Below, one piece after another: positions 11,211 through 21,842 of a stretch of DNA of 64,000 bases. This DNA is from an uncultured Holophaga sp. (GTDB lineage Bacteria > Acidobacteriota > Holophagae > Holophagales > Holophagaceae): NCBI GenBank assembly GCA_963664825.1, contig OY761614.1, positions 1,216,001-1,280,000 of the forward strand, in the 5' to 3' direction. The notes beneath the pieces are model-generated. The model was not told the DNA's origin and did no database searches. It worked only from the letters and a program-made list of their open reading frames with translations. A program made the position numbers and the translations under genes. Within the stretch, counting starts at the first letter, position 1, and each line of letters opens with the position of its first letter.

Positions 11211-11269
11211 CACGGTCATGGGAGGATGGGAGTCCAGGCCGCGTGCGGCCCTTTGGATAAGGCGAAGCC

Positions 11270-13180
11270 ATGACCTCTCCCACCCCGGAAACCCTGAACT
11301 TCAAGAGCGAACTCAAGCAGATGCTCCATCTGATCACCCATTCGCTCTACTCCCACAAGGAAGTATTCCTGCGGGAACTGCTCAGCAACGCCAGCGACGC
11401 CATCGATCGGGCCCGCTTCAATAGCCTCGAGAACGAGGCGCTGCTGGAGGGGGACAAGGACTGGGCCATTCGCATCTCCGCAGACCGAGACGCCCATACG
11501 CTGACGATTTCCGATAACGGCCTGGGCATGGACCGGGAAGCCATCATCGAGCACCTGGGCACCATCGCCAAGAGCGGCACCCGGGCCTTCATGGAGCGCC
11601 TCAAGACCCTTGGGACTGCGACCCAGCCCGAGCTCATCGGCCAATTCGGCGTGGGCTTCTACAGCGCCTTCATGGTGGCCGACAAGGTGACCGTGATCTC
11701 CCGGGCCGCAGGTTCTACTGAAGCCGTGCGCTGGGAATCCGATGGCCAGGGGGAATTCACCGTGGCGCCTGCGGAGCGCTCCTCCCGCGGCACGGACGTG
11801 ACCCTGTACTTGAAGGCCGAGGAGAAGGAATTCCTGGAGACCTGGCGCCTGCGTGGCCTGGTGAAGCAGTTCTCCGACTTCATCGAACACCCCATCCTGA
11901 TGGCCGTCGAGAAGAAGGCTGACGGCAAAACGGAAACGGAAGAGGCCAAGACCACCGTTGAAGACGAGACACTCAATAGCCGGAAAGCCCTCTGGCTGCG
12001 CAGCAAGGCGGAGATCACCGAGGAGGAGTACAACGCCTTCTACAAGCAGGTCTCGGGGGATTTCGAGGAACCCCTCAAGGTGATCCACGTCCAGGCCGAA
12101 GGCACCCCCAGCTTCCGCGCCCTCCTCTACCTGCCCAAGCACAAGAGCATGGATCTCCAGTTCGGAGACGCCAAGGTGGGGCCGAGGCTCTACATCAACC
12201 GCGTGCTCATCCAGGATCCCTGCGAGGCCCTGCTGCCGGCCTGGCTGCGCTTCGTGAAGGGCGTGGTGGACTGCCCGGATCTGCCCCTGAACGTGAGCCG
12301 GGAGACCCTCCAACAGAACCCCCTGCTGGAGAAGATCCAGAAGAACCTCGTCAAGCAGGTGCTGAAGGCCCTCGAGGAGCTGAAGGCCAGCCAGCGGGAG
12401 ACCTATAGCGACTTCTTCCAGGAGCTGGGTCAGATCCTCAAGGAGGGCCTGGGCCGGGACTGGGAGCGCCGGGAGGCCATCGCCGATCTCCTGCTCTTCG
12501 AGCACCTCCAGGGCGAAGGAGGAAAGCGCATCACGCTGGCGGAGTATGTCGGCGCCATGGGCGAGGACCAGAAGGACATCTACCACGTGGCTGGCGAGGA
12601 GCGCGCAGCGCTGGCCCATGTGCCCAGCCTGGAGGCCTTCAAGGCCAAGGGCTGGGACGTGCTCCTGCTCACCGATCCCATCGATCCCTTCGTCATCCCC
12701 GGCCTGCCCGAATACAAGGGACACCCCCTGAAGGCCGCGGATCGCCATGCCCCCGAGCTGCCGGAAGAGGACAAGAAGAAGGCCGAGGCCGCCGAAGGGG
12801 AGTACCGCCCCCTGCTGGAGCTATTCAAGACCCAGCTCACCGGGCTCAAGGATGTGCGGCTCTCCAGCCGCCTCAAGGAGAGCGCCGCCTGCCTAGTGGC
12901 CGCGGAAGATTCCATGGATCCCCGCATGGAGCAGCTCCTGGCCCGCCTGGGGCAGGGTCAGGGCCACGGCCCCAGCCCCCGGGTGTTGGAACTGAACCCC
13001 GGTCACCCCACGGTCCAGGCCCTGCTGGCCAAGTGCAAGGCCGATCCCAAGGACGCCCGCCTGGGGAGTTACGCCCAGCTCCTCCTGGACCAGGCCCTCA
13101 TCGCCGAAGGCTCCCGCCCCGAGGACCCCATGGCCTTCCTGGCTCGCATCAACGAGCTGGTGACCAAGGAATTGGCCTGA
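11270..13180 (+). CDS. htpG: Molecular chaperone HtpG (Hsp90)
   Basis: SLYSHKEVFLRELLSNASDA, GTIAKSGT, IGQFGVGFYS and LPLNVSRE. Confidence 0.97.
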   Translation: MTSPTPETLNFKSELKQMLHLITHSLYSHKEVFLRELLSNASDAIDRARFNSLENEALLEGDKDWAIRISADRDAHTLTISDNGLGMDREAIIEHLGTIAKSGTRAFMERLKTLGTATQPELIGQFGVGFYSAFMVADKVTVISRAAGSTEAVRWESDGQGEFTVAPAERSSRGTDVTLYLKAEEKEFLETWRLRGLVKQFSDFIEHPILMAVEKKADGKTETEEAKTTVEDETLNSRKALWLRSKAEITEEEYNAFYKQVSGDFEEPLKVIHVQAEGTPSFRALLYLPKHKSMDLQFGDAKVGPRLYINRVLIQDPCEALLPAWLRFVKGVVDCPDLPLNVSRETLQQNPLLEKIQKNLVKQVLKALEELKASQRETYSDFFQELGQILKEGLGRDWERREAIADLLLFEHLQGEGGKRITLAEYVGAMGEDQKDIYHVAGEERAALAHVPSLEAFKAKGWDVLLLTDPIDPFVIPGLPEYKGHPLKAADRHAPELPEEDKKKAEAAEGEYRPLLELFKTQLTGLKDVRLSSRLKESAACLVAAEDSMDPRMEQLLARLGQGQGHGPSPRVLELNPGHPTVQALLAKCKADPKDARLGSYAQLLLDQALIAEGSRPEDPMAFLARINELVTKELA

Positions 13181-13243
13181 GGAACTCAGGCTTCCTTCAG
13201 AATCGCGCTTGATCCCCTTGGATTCCCTTGGGATTCTGAAGGG

Positions 13244-15901
13244 ATGGAACGTTACACGCCCTCCCTCATCGAACCCAAATGGCAGGCCTACTGGACCGAG
13301 CACAGGACCTTCCAGACCTCTGAAGACCTCCAGCTGCCCAAGAAATACGTCCTGGATATGTTCCCCTACCCCTCGGGAGCGGGCCTGCACGTGGGCCATC
13401 CCGAGGGCTACACGGCCACCGACATCTACTGTCGCTACATGCGCTCCACGGGCCACGCCGTCCTGCATCCCATGGGCTGGGACGCCTTCGGCCTACCTGC
13501 TGAGCAGTACGCGATCCAGACCGGCACCCACCCGGCCGTCACCACCCAGAAGAACATCGCCACCTTCAAGCGGCAGATCCAGGCCCTGGGCCTCTCCTAC
13601 GACTGGGACCGGGAGGTCGACACCACCGACCCCACCTACGTGAAGTGGACCCAGTGGATCTTCCTCCAGCTCTTCAAGCGGGGGCTGGCCTACCAGTCGG
13701 AAAAGCCCGTGAACTGGTGTGCGGCCCTGGGCACGGTGCTGGCCAACGAGGAAGTCATCGATGGCAAGAGCGAGCGGGGCGGCCACCCCGTCACCCGCCT
13801 GCCCCTGCGCCAGTGGATGCTGAGGATCACGGCCTATGCCGACCGGCTGGCGGACGATCTGAAGCTGGTGCAGTGGCCGGAGAGCACCAAGACCATGCAG
13901 GAGGAGTGGATCGGCCGCAGCGAGGGCGCCGAGGTCCGCTTCCCCCTGGAGGACGGCAGCGGCTTTTTGGAGATCTTCACCACCCGCCCCGATACGCTCT
14001 TCGGCGTCACCTTCATGGTCATCGCCCCGGAGCACCCCGCCTTGGAGCGGCTCACCACACCTGAACAGAAGGCCGCCGTGGAGGCCTACGCCAGCCAGGC
14101 CCGCAACCGTTCGGACCTGGACCGGCGCGCCGCCAAGGAGAAGACCGGCGTCTTCACGGGCGGTTTCGTGACCAATCCCCTCACGGGCGCCCGGGTGCCC
14201 GTGTGGGTGGCCGACTACGTGATGATGGGCTACGGCACCGGGGCCATCATGGCCGTGCCCGGCCACGATCAGCGGGATTTCGAATTCGCCCGCAAGTTCC
14301 AGATCCCCGTGATCCAGGTGGTGAGCGGCGATGGGCGCCTGCTCCAGGGCGAGATGACCGAGGCCTTCACCGAATACGGCCTGGCCGTGAATTCCGGGGC
14401 CTACGATGGCCTGGCAACGGCCGACTTCAAGAGGAAGGTCACGGCAGATCTGGAGAAAGCGGGCCAGGGCAAGGCGCGTGTGGAATTCCGCCTGCGGGAC
14501 TGGGTCTTCAGCCGCCAGCGCTATTGGGGGGAACCCATCCCCATCTATTTCCCCGTGGAGACGGACGGTGACCCCCGGAAGGGCGATTCCTACACCATCC
14601 GCTACGATCTGCCCCAGGCGGTCGATGAATCCGAATTGCCCCTCTGCCTGCCGGAGCTGGAGGACTTCAATCCCGGCGAGGATCCCGCGGGCACACTGGC
14701 CCGTGCCACCGAATGGAGGTTCTTCCAGAAGGACGGTCACTGGTTCGCCCGGGAGACCAACACCATGCCCCAATGGGCGGGTTCCTGCTGGTACTACCTG
14801 CGCTTCATGGATCCCAAGAACCCCGAGGCCCCCTGGAGCAAGGAGGCTGCCCAGCGCTGGCTGCCGGTGGATCTCTACGTGGGTGGCGCCGAACACGCCG
14901 TGCTGCACCTGCTCTATGCCCGCTTCTGGCACAAGGTCTTGCTGGACGCGGGGCATCTGGACGCGCCGGAGCCCTTCGCCAAGCTGGTGCACCAGGGCAT
15001 GATCCTGGGGGAAGTGGAATACACGGGATATCAATTCTCTGGCAACTTCGTCTCCAGAGAATTGATAGAAGCAATCCCCGAGGGGGGATACCGACTCAAG
15101 ACAACCGGCCAGGAAGTTGAAGCCCTGCGGATGCCTGAGGACGCCACGGAGAAGAAGGGCGGCAATGTGGTGTTGAAGGCCGATCCTTCGATCGTGCTGG
15201 ATGGGCGGGCCTTCAAGATGTCCAAGTCGCGAGGCAACGTGGTCAACCCCGATGAAGTGATCCGGGAGCACGGCGCCGACGCCCTGAGGCTCTACGAGAT
15301 GTTCCTGGGCCCCCTGGAGGCCACCAAACCCTGGAACACCAATGGCATCCAGGGCGTGAGCCGCTTCCTGGAGCGCACCTGGAACCTGGGCCAGAAGCTC
15401 ATGACCGCCCCAGAGGCGCCCTCTGACATGTCCCCGGAACTGCGGCGCCTCATGCACAAAACCATCCGCAAGGTGGGCGAGGATATCGAGGCCCTGCGGC
15501 TCAATACGGCCATTTCGGCCATGATGATCTACCTCAACGAACTGGCCAAGGCCGATCCCTTGCCTCGGGAGGCCGTGGAAATTCTGGTGCGCCTGCTCCA
15601 TCCCTTCGCGCCCCATCTGGCCGAAGAACTCTGGGAGAGCCTGGGCCACGCCCCTTCCCTCCAGGCCGTGCCCTGGCCCGCCTATGACCCGGCTCTCTGC
15701 GTGGAGGAGGCCGTCGTCGTGGTGGTGCAGGTGAACGGCAAGGTGCGGGGTCGCCTCAGCCTGCCCGCGGACGCCACGCCCGAACAGCGCCGGGAGGCCG
15801 CCCTCGCCTGCCCCGAGGCCCAGAATTTTCTCAGCGGCAAGGAGATCGTCAAGGTCGTCGTGCCCCCCAACGGTACGCTGGTGAGCATCGTGGTAAAGTA
15901 A
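13244..15901 (+). CDS. leuS: Leucine--tRNA ligase
   Basis: MFPYPSGAGLHVGH (HIGH), FTTRPDT editing domain, KMSKS. Confidence 0.97.
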   Translation: MERYTPSLIEPKWQAYWTEHRTFQTSEDLQLPKKYVLDMFPYPSGAGLHVGHPEGYTATDIYCRYMRSTGHAVLHPMGWDAFGLPAEQYAIQTGTHPAVTTQKNIATFKRQIQALGLSYDWDREVDTTDPTYVKWTQWIFLQLFKRGLAYQSEKPVNWCAALGTVLANEEVIDGKSERGGHPVTRLPLRQWMLRITAYADRLADDLKLVQWPESTKTMQEEWIGRSEGAEVRFPLEDGSGFLEIFTTRPDTLFGVTFMVIAPEHPALERLTTPEQKAAVEAYASQARNRSDLDRRAAKEKTGVFTGGFVTNPLTGARVPVWVADYVMMGYGTGAIMAVPGHDQRDFEFARKFQIPVIQVVSGDGRLLQGEMTEAFTEYGLAVNSGAYDGLATADFKRKVTADLEKAGQGKARVEFRLRDWVFSRQRYWGEPIPIYFPVETDGDPRKGDSYTIRYDLPQAVDESELPLCLPELEDFNPGEDPAGTLARATEWRFFQKDGHWFARETNTMPQWAGSCWYYLRFMDPKNPEAPWSKEAAQRWLPVDLYVGGAEHAVLHLLYARFWHKVLLDAGHLDAPEPFAKLVHQGMILGEVEYTGYQFSGNFVSRELIEAIPEGGYRLKTTGQEVEALRMPEDATEKKGGNVVLKADPSIVLDGRAFKMSKSRGNVVNPDEVIREHGADALRLYEMFLGPLEATKPWNTNGIQGVSRFLERTWNLGQKLMTAPEAPSDMSPELRRLMHKTIRKVGEDIEALRLNTAISAMMIYLNELAKADPLPREAVEILVRLLHPFAPHLAEELWESLGHAPSLQAVPWPAYDPALCVEEAVVVVVQVNGKVRGRLSLPADATPEQRREAALACPEAQNFLSGKEIVKVVVPPNGTLVSIVVK

Positions 15902-16045
15902 GCGAGCCCTTAATAGGTATCTTCCCCCAAAAAAAAGAGACATGGATCCATCCAAAAAGATGGCCAGGTTTTTTTTACTTACACATTATCGCAAACAACA
16001 TTTAATCACGGTGGGATTGTACACACCGTTCAATTGGATATCCCC

Positions 16046-18094
16046 ATGGGTCATAGGTTATTTGTTAATCTCATAGCCGGAATGGTCTGTACACTAGTGG
16101 CAAACGCGACAGAACCGCTCCACAGGATGTTTATCGAGCCCATCCACCCAAAAATATGGGCCATGCGGGACGATGCAGCCCTTGTGGCAGGCGGGGCCGT
16201 GGTTCTGGAGGATCGGTGGCGGCTGGGGCTCCAGGGGTTCTTTCTAGAACACATTCTGCGAGTACGCGTTTTAAACAGTGCAGGTCAAGCCGCAGCCAAA
16301 ATCGCCAAGATTACAGGAAAGCTGCTAGAGATCGAAGGCAGAATTGCCTACCCCGATGGAACTTTCCTAATCCTGGACAAAGTGTCGGATCTCCACGAAA
16401 AAACAGGGCTTAACTACAAGCAATCCATCAATGACTATGTTTCACGCACGTACCACATGAATCGCACCATCCTGGACGTTCCAGGCATTACTTCCGATTG
16501 CGTTTTTGAACTCAAGTTAAAGATTCGTCCAGAAACCATCAATTGGATGGAGGTGGTCACGCTTCAGAACACCTTTCCAACCCAGGCACAGAGTGTTGAG
16601 ATCAATAATGGATTTGATTTTAAAGTACTATTTTGTGCCATTGCGGAATTAAAACCTAGCATCCAAAAAAAAGGCAACATAATCACAACAACATTCTTGA
16701 ATCTCCCCCCCATCCAATCAGCACCATTCAGCGCAAATTTCACGAAGTCGGTGAATATGTTGTTCATATATCCTCCACAGATTGGTGTTGAATCCCAACA
16801 AAATGAAAGCCCTGGTGCATTTTGGGGAAATGTGGCTACAGAAATATGGAAAAGGGAACTTGAATTCGATCCATTCTTTCGCATCAAGGGTGGCTACAAG
16901 CAGGGACAATTCATCCCAGGCTCAACTCCCAAGGAGCGAAAGCACTATGACAACCTCCTGGCCTCCATAAGCAAGGACCTTCCGGCTTCACCCCAAGCCA
17001 AAGCCAGGGAACTTCACGCCCGCCTATCCTCACGGATCAAACAATGGCCTTACTGGTCTAAAGAATTCGCGGAATGGCACAAGAAGTTGGACAGTCCAAG
17101 AGATGCTTTAGATGCTTCCGACATTGAATGCATTATCAAAAACGGAGCAACCTTCGAGAAGGCCTGGGGAACCCTCTATTACAATCTGCTACGGGACAAT
17201 GGATTACATCCAAGCCTTGTAATGGCGGTCTCTGCTCACACGCGCCCATTCCTGGTCAACCTACGCAGTACTCTTCAGTTCGAGAGAACTTTTTTAAGAA
17301 TTGAGGAGGAAGGAAAACCTCCCCTGTACCTCGACACAACGCAGGAAGAGGGAAACCTTGGAACCATACCTCCCTGGTTTCAGGGAACAGAGGCGATGAT
17401 TATAGAGACCGCGAATTGGACCCCTGCAACGCTTCGACTACCCTGGCAATCCCCCTCCAATGAATCCACGGAAATGGCGTACACGATAGAACAGGACGGC
17501 CCCCGTTTCCGGTTCCAGACCCGGGCGAGCTTCTACGGAGTTGCACAATCCAAGGCCCGAGAGGATTTCATCCATGAGAGTGATACCAGCCGGAGCGACC
17601 ATCTGGCGAAAAGCCTGGAAAATGCCTGCCTGTATCTGGCAGTAGATGAGGCGAGCGTCAGTGACCCCGAGGACAAAAAGACTCCATTCACATGGTCGGC
17701 CAAAGGGCATTTGGCCATTTCCGGCGAAGACACCGTTTTCATCCCCCCTTTTCCGGCCCATTCAGAGTTCTTTCCATTACCCCATTTTTTCCCATCAGAA
17801 CGCCATGAGAGCCTTTATCTTGGTCCGCCACGCAAGATGAAATGGACGTCCAGGATCGCAATTCCCAAGGGCTTCAGATGGGTTTCAGAGCCACCCACCG
17901 AATCGACTTTCGATTTCGCACTTATCCGACGCGGGGCTCACCTTTCCGAAAACGGAACTCACCTGGAGATCACCACAGAAGTTACAACTACCCGCGGCCT
18001 TCTTCCCGCCTCCAGCTACAAGGACTTCCGAAAATTCCTGACCCATCTCCAGTGCGCAACCAATGACCCCCTCGTCCTGGAAAGAATTTTATGA
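16046..18094 (+). CDS. Secreted DUF3857/transglutaminase-fold-like protein, catalytic Cys apparently absent
   Basis: Signal peptide, DUF3857-like N-terminus (AVVLED..., VPGITSDCVFE), LYLDTT; visibly AT-richer than flanks; ATGA overlap with next gene. Confidence 0.65.
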   Translation: MGHRLFVNLIAGMVCTLVANATEPLHRMFIEPIHPKIWAMRDDAALVAGGAVVLEDRWRLGLQGFFLEHILRVRVLNSAGQAAAKIAKITGKLLEIEGRIAYPDGTFLILDKVSDLHEKTGLNYKQSINDYVSRTYHMNRTILDVPGITSDCVFELKLKIRPETINWMEVVTLQNTFPTQAQSVEINNGFDFKVLFCAIAELKPSIQKKGNIITTTFLNLPPIQSAPFSANFTKSVNMLFIYPPQIGVESQQNESPGAFWGNVATEIWKRELEFDPFFRIKGGYKQGQFIPGSTPKERKHYDNLLASISKDLPASPQAKARELHARLSSRIKQWPYWSKEFAEWHKKLDSPRDALDASDIECIIKNGATFEKAWGTLYYNLLRDNGLHPSLVMAVSAHTRPFLVNLRSTLQFERTFLRIEEEGKPPLYLDTTQEEGNLGTIPPWFQGTEAMIIETANWTPATLRLPWQSPSNESTEMAYTIEQDGPRFRFQTRASFYGVAQSKAREDFIHESDTSRSDHLAKSLENACLYLAVDEASVSDPEDKKTPFTWSAKGHLAISGEDTVFIPPFPAHSEFFPLPHFFPSERHESLYLGPPRKMKWTSRIAIPKGFRWVSEPPTESTFDFALIRRGAHLSENGTHLEITTEVTTTRGLLPASSYKDFRKFLTHLQCATNDPLVLERIL

Positions 18095-18956
18095 ACCACC
18101 TCGCACATCGCATCCTATTGTGCATTCTTCTCCTGGGTCCCATTGCCGCCTTCGGGCGGACCACCGATTTACCCTTGTGGGCAGCCAAGGCCGTAGCCGA
18201 GGGAGCCAAGGAAACAACTCCTCTGAGGGCTGCAGCCTGGATCCTCTTGGATCGCACCAGCCTGTTCTATAAAGGGAAAGGCCAAATCCAGATTCAGCGG
18301 CAAAAAGTCGTCAGGGTTCTCAGTAGGGAAGGTATGGACCACGCAGTGTTCAACCTCTTCGGCGACGAAGGCCCGAGCTATCGAGTTCTGGATGTCCAAG
18401 GCTGGAATTCCCCCCCCAAGGGCAATGTCAACAAGCTGAACCATAATTCAGCTTTTCAGTTGGATCCTGACGCCAATCAAGTGCTTACCTCCCAGATCAA
18501 GACCGTAATTGCCCTACCGGAAGTGGTGCCTGGGAGCATCGTGGCCTTTGAATCCATGGAGGTCATCACACCACCCCAGGGCCCTATTCTCACGGAATGG
18601 GTGGGGCAGCGGGATCCCATATTGCGTTGGGAATTAAAGGTGGACAGTGAATGGGCCCTTACAAATAACATTCGGGCAGTATTCAAACCTTGGAACCTGG
18701 AAAAATGGACCCGGGAAATGGAGTTGGTTCCAGAAAGAACCCTGACACTTCATCACATCCCCGGCGTCCGGTCCCCAGAAACCGCAGCTCCGGGCTCGTT
18801 TGAATATAAACCTATTGTTTCTATTCGTTTTTTCGATCCCTTCCACCCCCTGGCTTTTGAGGGATCTGGGAAACAGCTTGGGAAATCGACTTACGAACAG
18901 ATGAACTTCACAGAGCCACCGCCCACAGAGTTACCCGTTTTTGAGGGAGATCCGCT

Positions 18957-20585
18957 GTATCGATTCACCCCCCCCCCATGCAGGCTCAACTCGTGATTGA
19001 GGATAAAATCACCGCAAGTGAATAATTCGCTTGTACTTTGGTCTCAAACCAGTCAGATTCTGAAGGATGGAGCTTGATCCTGTTCTGACTGATCCGCGTT
19101 ATCTGGCCCTGGCTGCCGAGAACGGGGAACTGCGTGCGGAAATGGTCTGCCTGCGGGAGGCGATGGAACGCCTGGAAAAATTGCTGGAGTCGCTCCAGGA
19201 TCGCCTCGGGAAGGACAGTCGCAACAGCAGCAAGCCCCCCAGTTCGGACGGACCCGCGGCGCCACCCAAGCCACCGGCGCCGCCCACGGGGCGCAAGCGC
19301 GGCGGCCAACCGGGACGGAAGGGATCCGCTCGGGTGATGCTGCCGGAAGGCAGCGAGGACCGTACGGTTTCGGTGCCCCTCGCCTGTTGCCCCCACTGCC
19401 GAGGCGAGGTTCCTTCAGGGGCCATCACCGGGACGCGCCTGCACCGGGTGGTGGATCTGGCTCAGCGCCTCACAGAAGTCATCGCCTACGCGCTGGAGGA
19501 GGGGATCTGCCCGCACTGCCAGAGGAAGGTGCAGGCGCCGCTTCCCCCAGAGGCTGCGCCGGGCGGGATCGGCCCGCGCCTTCAGGCTGCGGCGGCCTAT
19601 CTGCGCACAGAGGGCCGCATGAGCCTGACGCCGCTCCAGCGTTTCCTCTCGGAGGTGACGGGCGTAGCGGTCTCACGCGGTTGGCTGCACGAGAGCGGTG
19701 TGGCGCTGGGGAGCCACCTACTCCCCGCCTGGGAGGACCTCTCCCAGCAGATCCGTACGGCGGATGTGCTCAACCTCGACGAGACCGGCTTCGGCCGGAA
19801 GGACCGGGACTGGATCTGGGTGGCCCTTTCCGCCCGTACGGCCCTCTTCCACTTCAGTGACACCCGTGGGGCGAGGGCCCTAAAGGCGATACTTCCCGAG
19901 GACTTCCAAGGCGTGATTGGCACGGACCGCTACGGCGCCTACAACGCCTTAAAATCTGCCGTTCGCCAGTTCTGCTGGGCCCATTTGCGCCGCGAGTTCG
20001 TCGCCCTGAGCGAATCCCAGAAGCCCGAGGTGGCCGCACTGGGAAAGCGACTGCTCGCCGAGCAGGAGGAGATCTTTGCGCTGTGGCACACCTTCCGGGC
20101 GGGCGACATCAGCCGGAAAGAGCTCCGGGCCTGCACCGCCATCAATCTGGCGCGGCTCAAACGCGGTCTGATCCAGGCCAGCGCGATGGATCACAAGGCC
20201 GCCCGAAACCTCGGGAAGGACCTCCTCCGGAAATGGGACAAGCTCTGGGTGTTCCTGAAGGTCGAGGGCGTGGAGCCGACGAACAATGCGGCCGAGCGGG
20301 CCCTGCGCCCCCTCGTGATCCTCAAGCGGATCTTCCAGCGACTGCCCAGCGCGGACGGAAAGCGATTCTTCGAACGCCTCCTGAGCCTGGGCACCACCGC
20401 CCGCATCCGCGGCGTCCCCTACTTCGACTGGCTGCTCAGGGCCCTCCACTCCGCCCGATCCAACCAGCCCCTACCGGCACTGGAACCAGCCTGAGGCTGC
20501 CAGGGCAAGCGGGACATCACCAGCCCATCATGGCTGCCTGCCACCGGCTTACGTGGTCACAGGGACAAGGGGGGTGAATCGATAC
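18957..20585 (+). mobile_element. IS66-family insertion sequence, single-ORF (ISBst12-type), 1629 bp
   Basis: Perfect 17-bp terminal IRs GTATCGATTCACCCCCC / GGGGGGTGAATCGATAC; 8-bp TSD GATCCGCT at 18949-18956 and 20586-20593. Confidence 0.95.
19067..20494 (+). CDS. IS66 family DDE transposase (TnpC)
   Basis: Coiled coil, NSSKPPSSD, GGQPG, CPHC...CPHC, LDETG, TDRYGAY, QFCWAHLRR and TNNAAERALR. Confidence 0.95.
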   Translation: MELDPVLTDPRYLALAAENGELRAEMVCLREAMERLEKLLESLQDRLGKDSRNSSKPPSSDGPAAPPKPPAPPTGRKRGGQPGRKGSARVMLPEGSEDRTVSVPLACCPHCRGEVPSGAITGTRLHRVVDLAQRLTEVIAYALEEGICPHCQRKVQAPLPPEAAPGGIGPRLQAAAAYLRTEGRMSLTPLQRFLSEVTGVAVSRGWLHESGVALGSHLLPAWEDLSQQIRTADVLNLDETGFGRKDRDWIWVALSARTALFHFSDTRGARALKAILPEDFQGVIGTDRYGAYNALKSAVRQFCWAHLRREFVALSESQKPEVAALGKRLLAEQEEIFALWHTFRAGDISRKELRACTAINLARLKRGLIQASAMDHKAARNLGKDLLRKWDKLWVFLKVEGVEPTNNAAERALRPLVILKRIFQRLPSADGKRFFERLLSLGTTARIRGVPYFDWLLRALHSARSNQPLPALEPA

Positions 20586-21842
20586 GATCCGCTGGCTCGT
20601 CTGGAGGCCATAGGGAAATGGATGGGTCGCACGTTCATGTACCAACAGGTCTATCTCACTCCCAACCGGTCCTGGAAACCTCTCCCCCCTGCCCAAACCC
20701 TTCGCCAACGAGCGGGAGATTGCAAGGACCTGGCCGTCATGGCTATTGCCGCCGCAAGACAAGCAGGGTTCCAGGGCTTTCCCGTTCTCTGCCGAATCCA
20801 TGATGGAGTTCTCCACGGAGAAGAGCCCGCGAGAATGGAAATGTGTAATCACGCCATCACTGCAATCCAGGTCCCTCCTCCCGTGGATCTGCCTTCCATC
20901 GTAGAGGTTAATGGCGCACGCTACCTCCTGTACGATCCAACGTCACGCACAACACCCATCGGTCGACTGCCCGAGGCCCATCGGAATGCAAAGGTATTGA
21001 TTTGCTTCCCCACCGGAGGTCAATGGGTGGAAGTCCCCGCGAAAGCGATCCCGGACGCCCGCGTGAATGTCACCCTCACGGCCGACGTGGACAAGACAGG
21101 CCACCTTGTTGGAGTTCTCTCCGTGCAGGAATGGAATGATGCCCTGGGACTTGCCTCGACCCATCTTGAGAGGGGACCATCGACAATCACGGAGCTTCTG
21201 GCTTCTCTTTTCTCCATCAACGCCACGTCTGACTTCAGGATCCTGAAAACCACAAGCAGTTCGCTTCCCCAGGCTTCCATCTTTGAGATTCAACTGGCCG
21301 TTGATGCCGACAATGCCAGGAGAATTTCTGGGGAATTCGACCGACTTAGTCTGCCAGGCCTTCCACCGGGTCCCCACCCGATTCAACCCCTGGACCAGCC
21401 TAGGCGGACAACCATCAAAGCGGGTCGAGATCTCCAATGGCTATGGAAGGGCTCAATCAAGTTCCCTTCCGAGATGAAACTCCAGCACCCGGAATGGAGC
21501 GCGAGTACGGCATTTCGAGAGATCCACTGGAAAGGCCAGACCGTTCAGAACCGGCTGGACTTAACTCTGGACATGAAACAGAGCCAGGGCATTTGGGAAG
21601 GAGACCAGATCCCCGAAGGGCTGAGGAAGATTGATTCAGATCGCCATACCTGGGAGTTGTTTCTGGGGACATGCCTAAAAATCAAACCAGAGGTCCACGA
21701 ATAGGTGTCGAGAGGGAGTCCGATCAAAACGCTTCGAGACCAAAACAGCCTTCATTCCTGTTTCTGAAAACCCGCGTGAACGTTGGCTTTTGGTTCACAT
21801 CAGGGCTTCTGGCTCCGCTAGAATGAAGGATCGGGAGCCCTG

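Larger units (their letters stand above)
18091..21704 (+). pseudogene. DUF3857/transglutaminase-domain protein interrupted by IS66 (segments 18091-18956 and 20594-21704)
   Basis: Removing the IS and one TSD copy restores the frame ...FEGDPL|ARLEAIGKW... (658 aa); GDCKD, NHAI and YDPT catalytic triad motifs in the 3' part. Confidence 0.88.

Noticed and set aside
15020..15125. AT-richer patch inside leuS (intein or insertion?)
   Set aside because: Short, in frame, within the variable leucine-specific domain before KMSKS; no intein motifs
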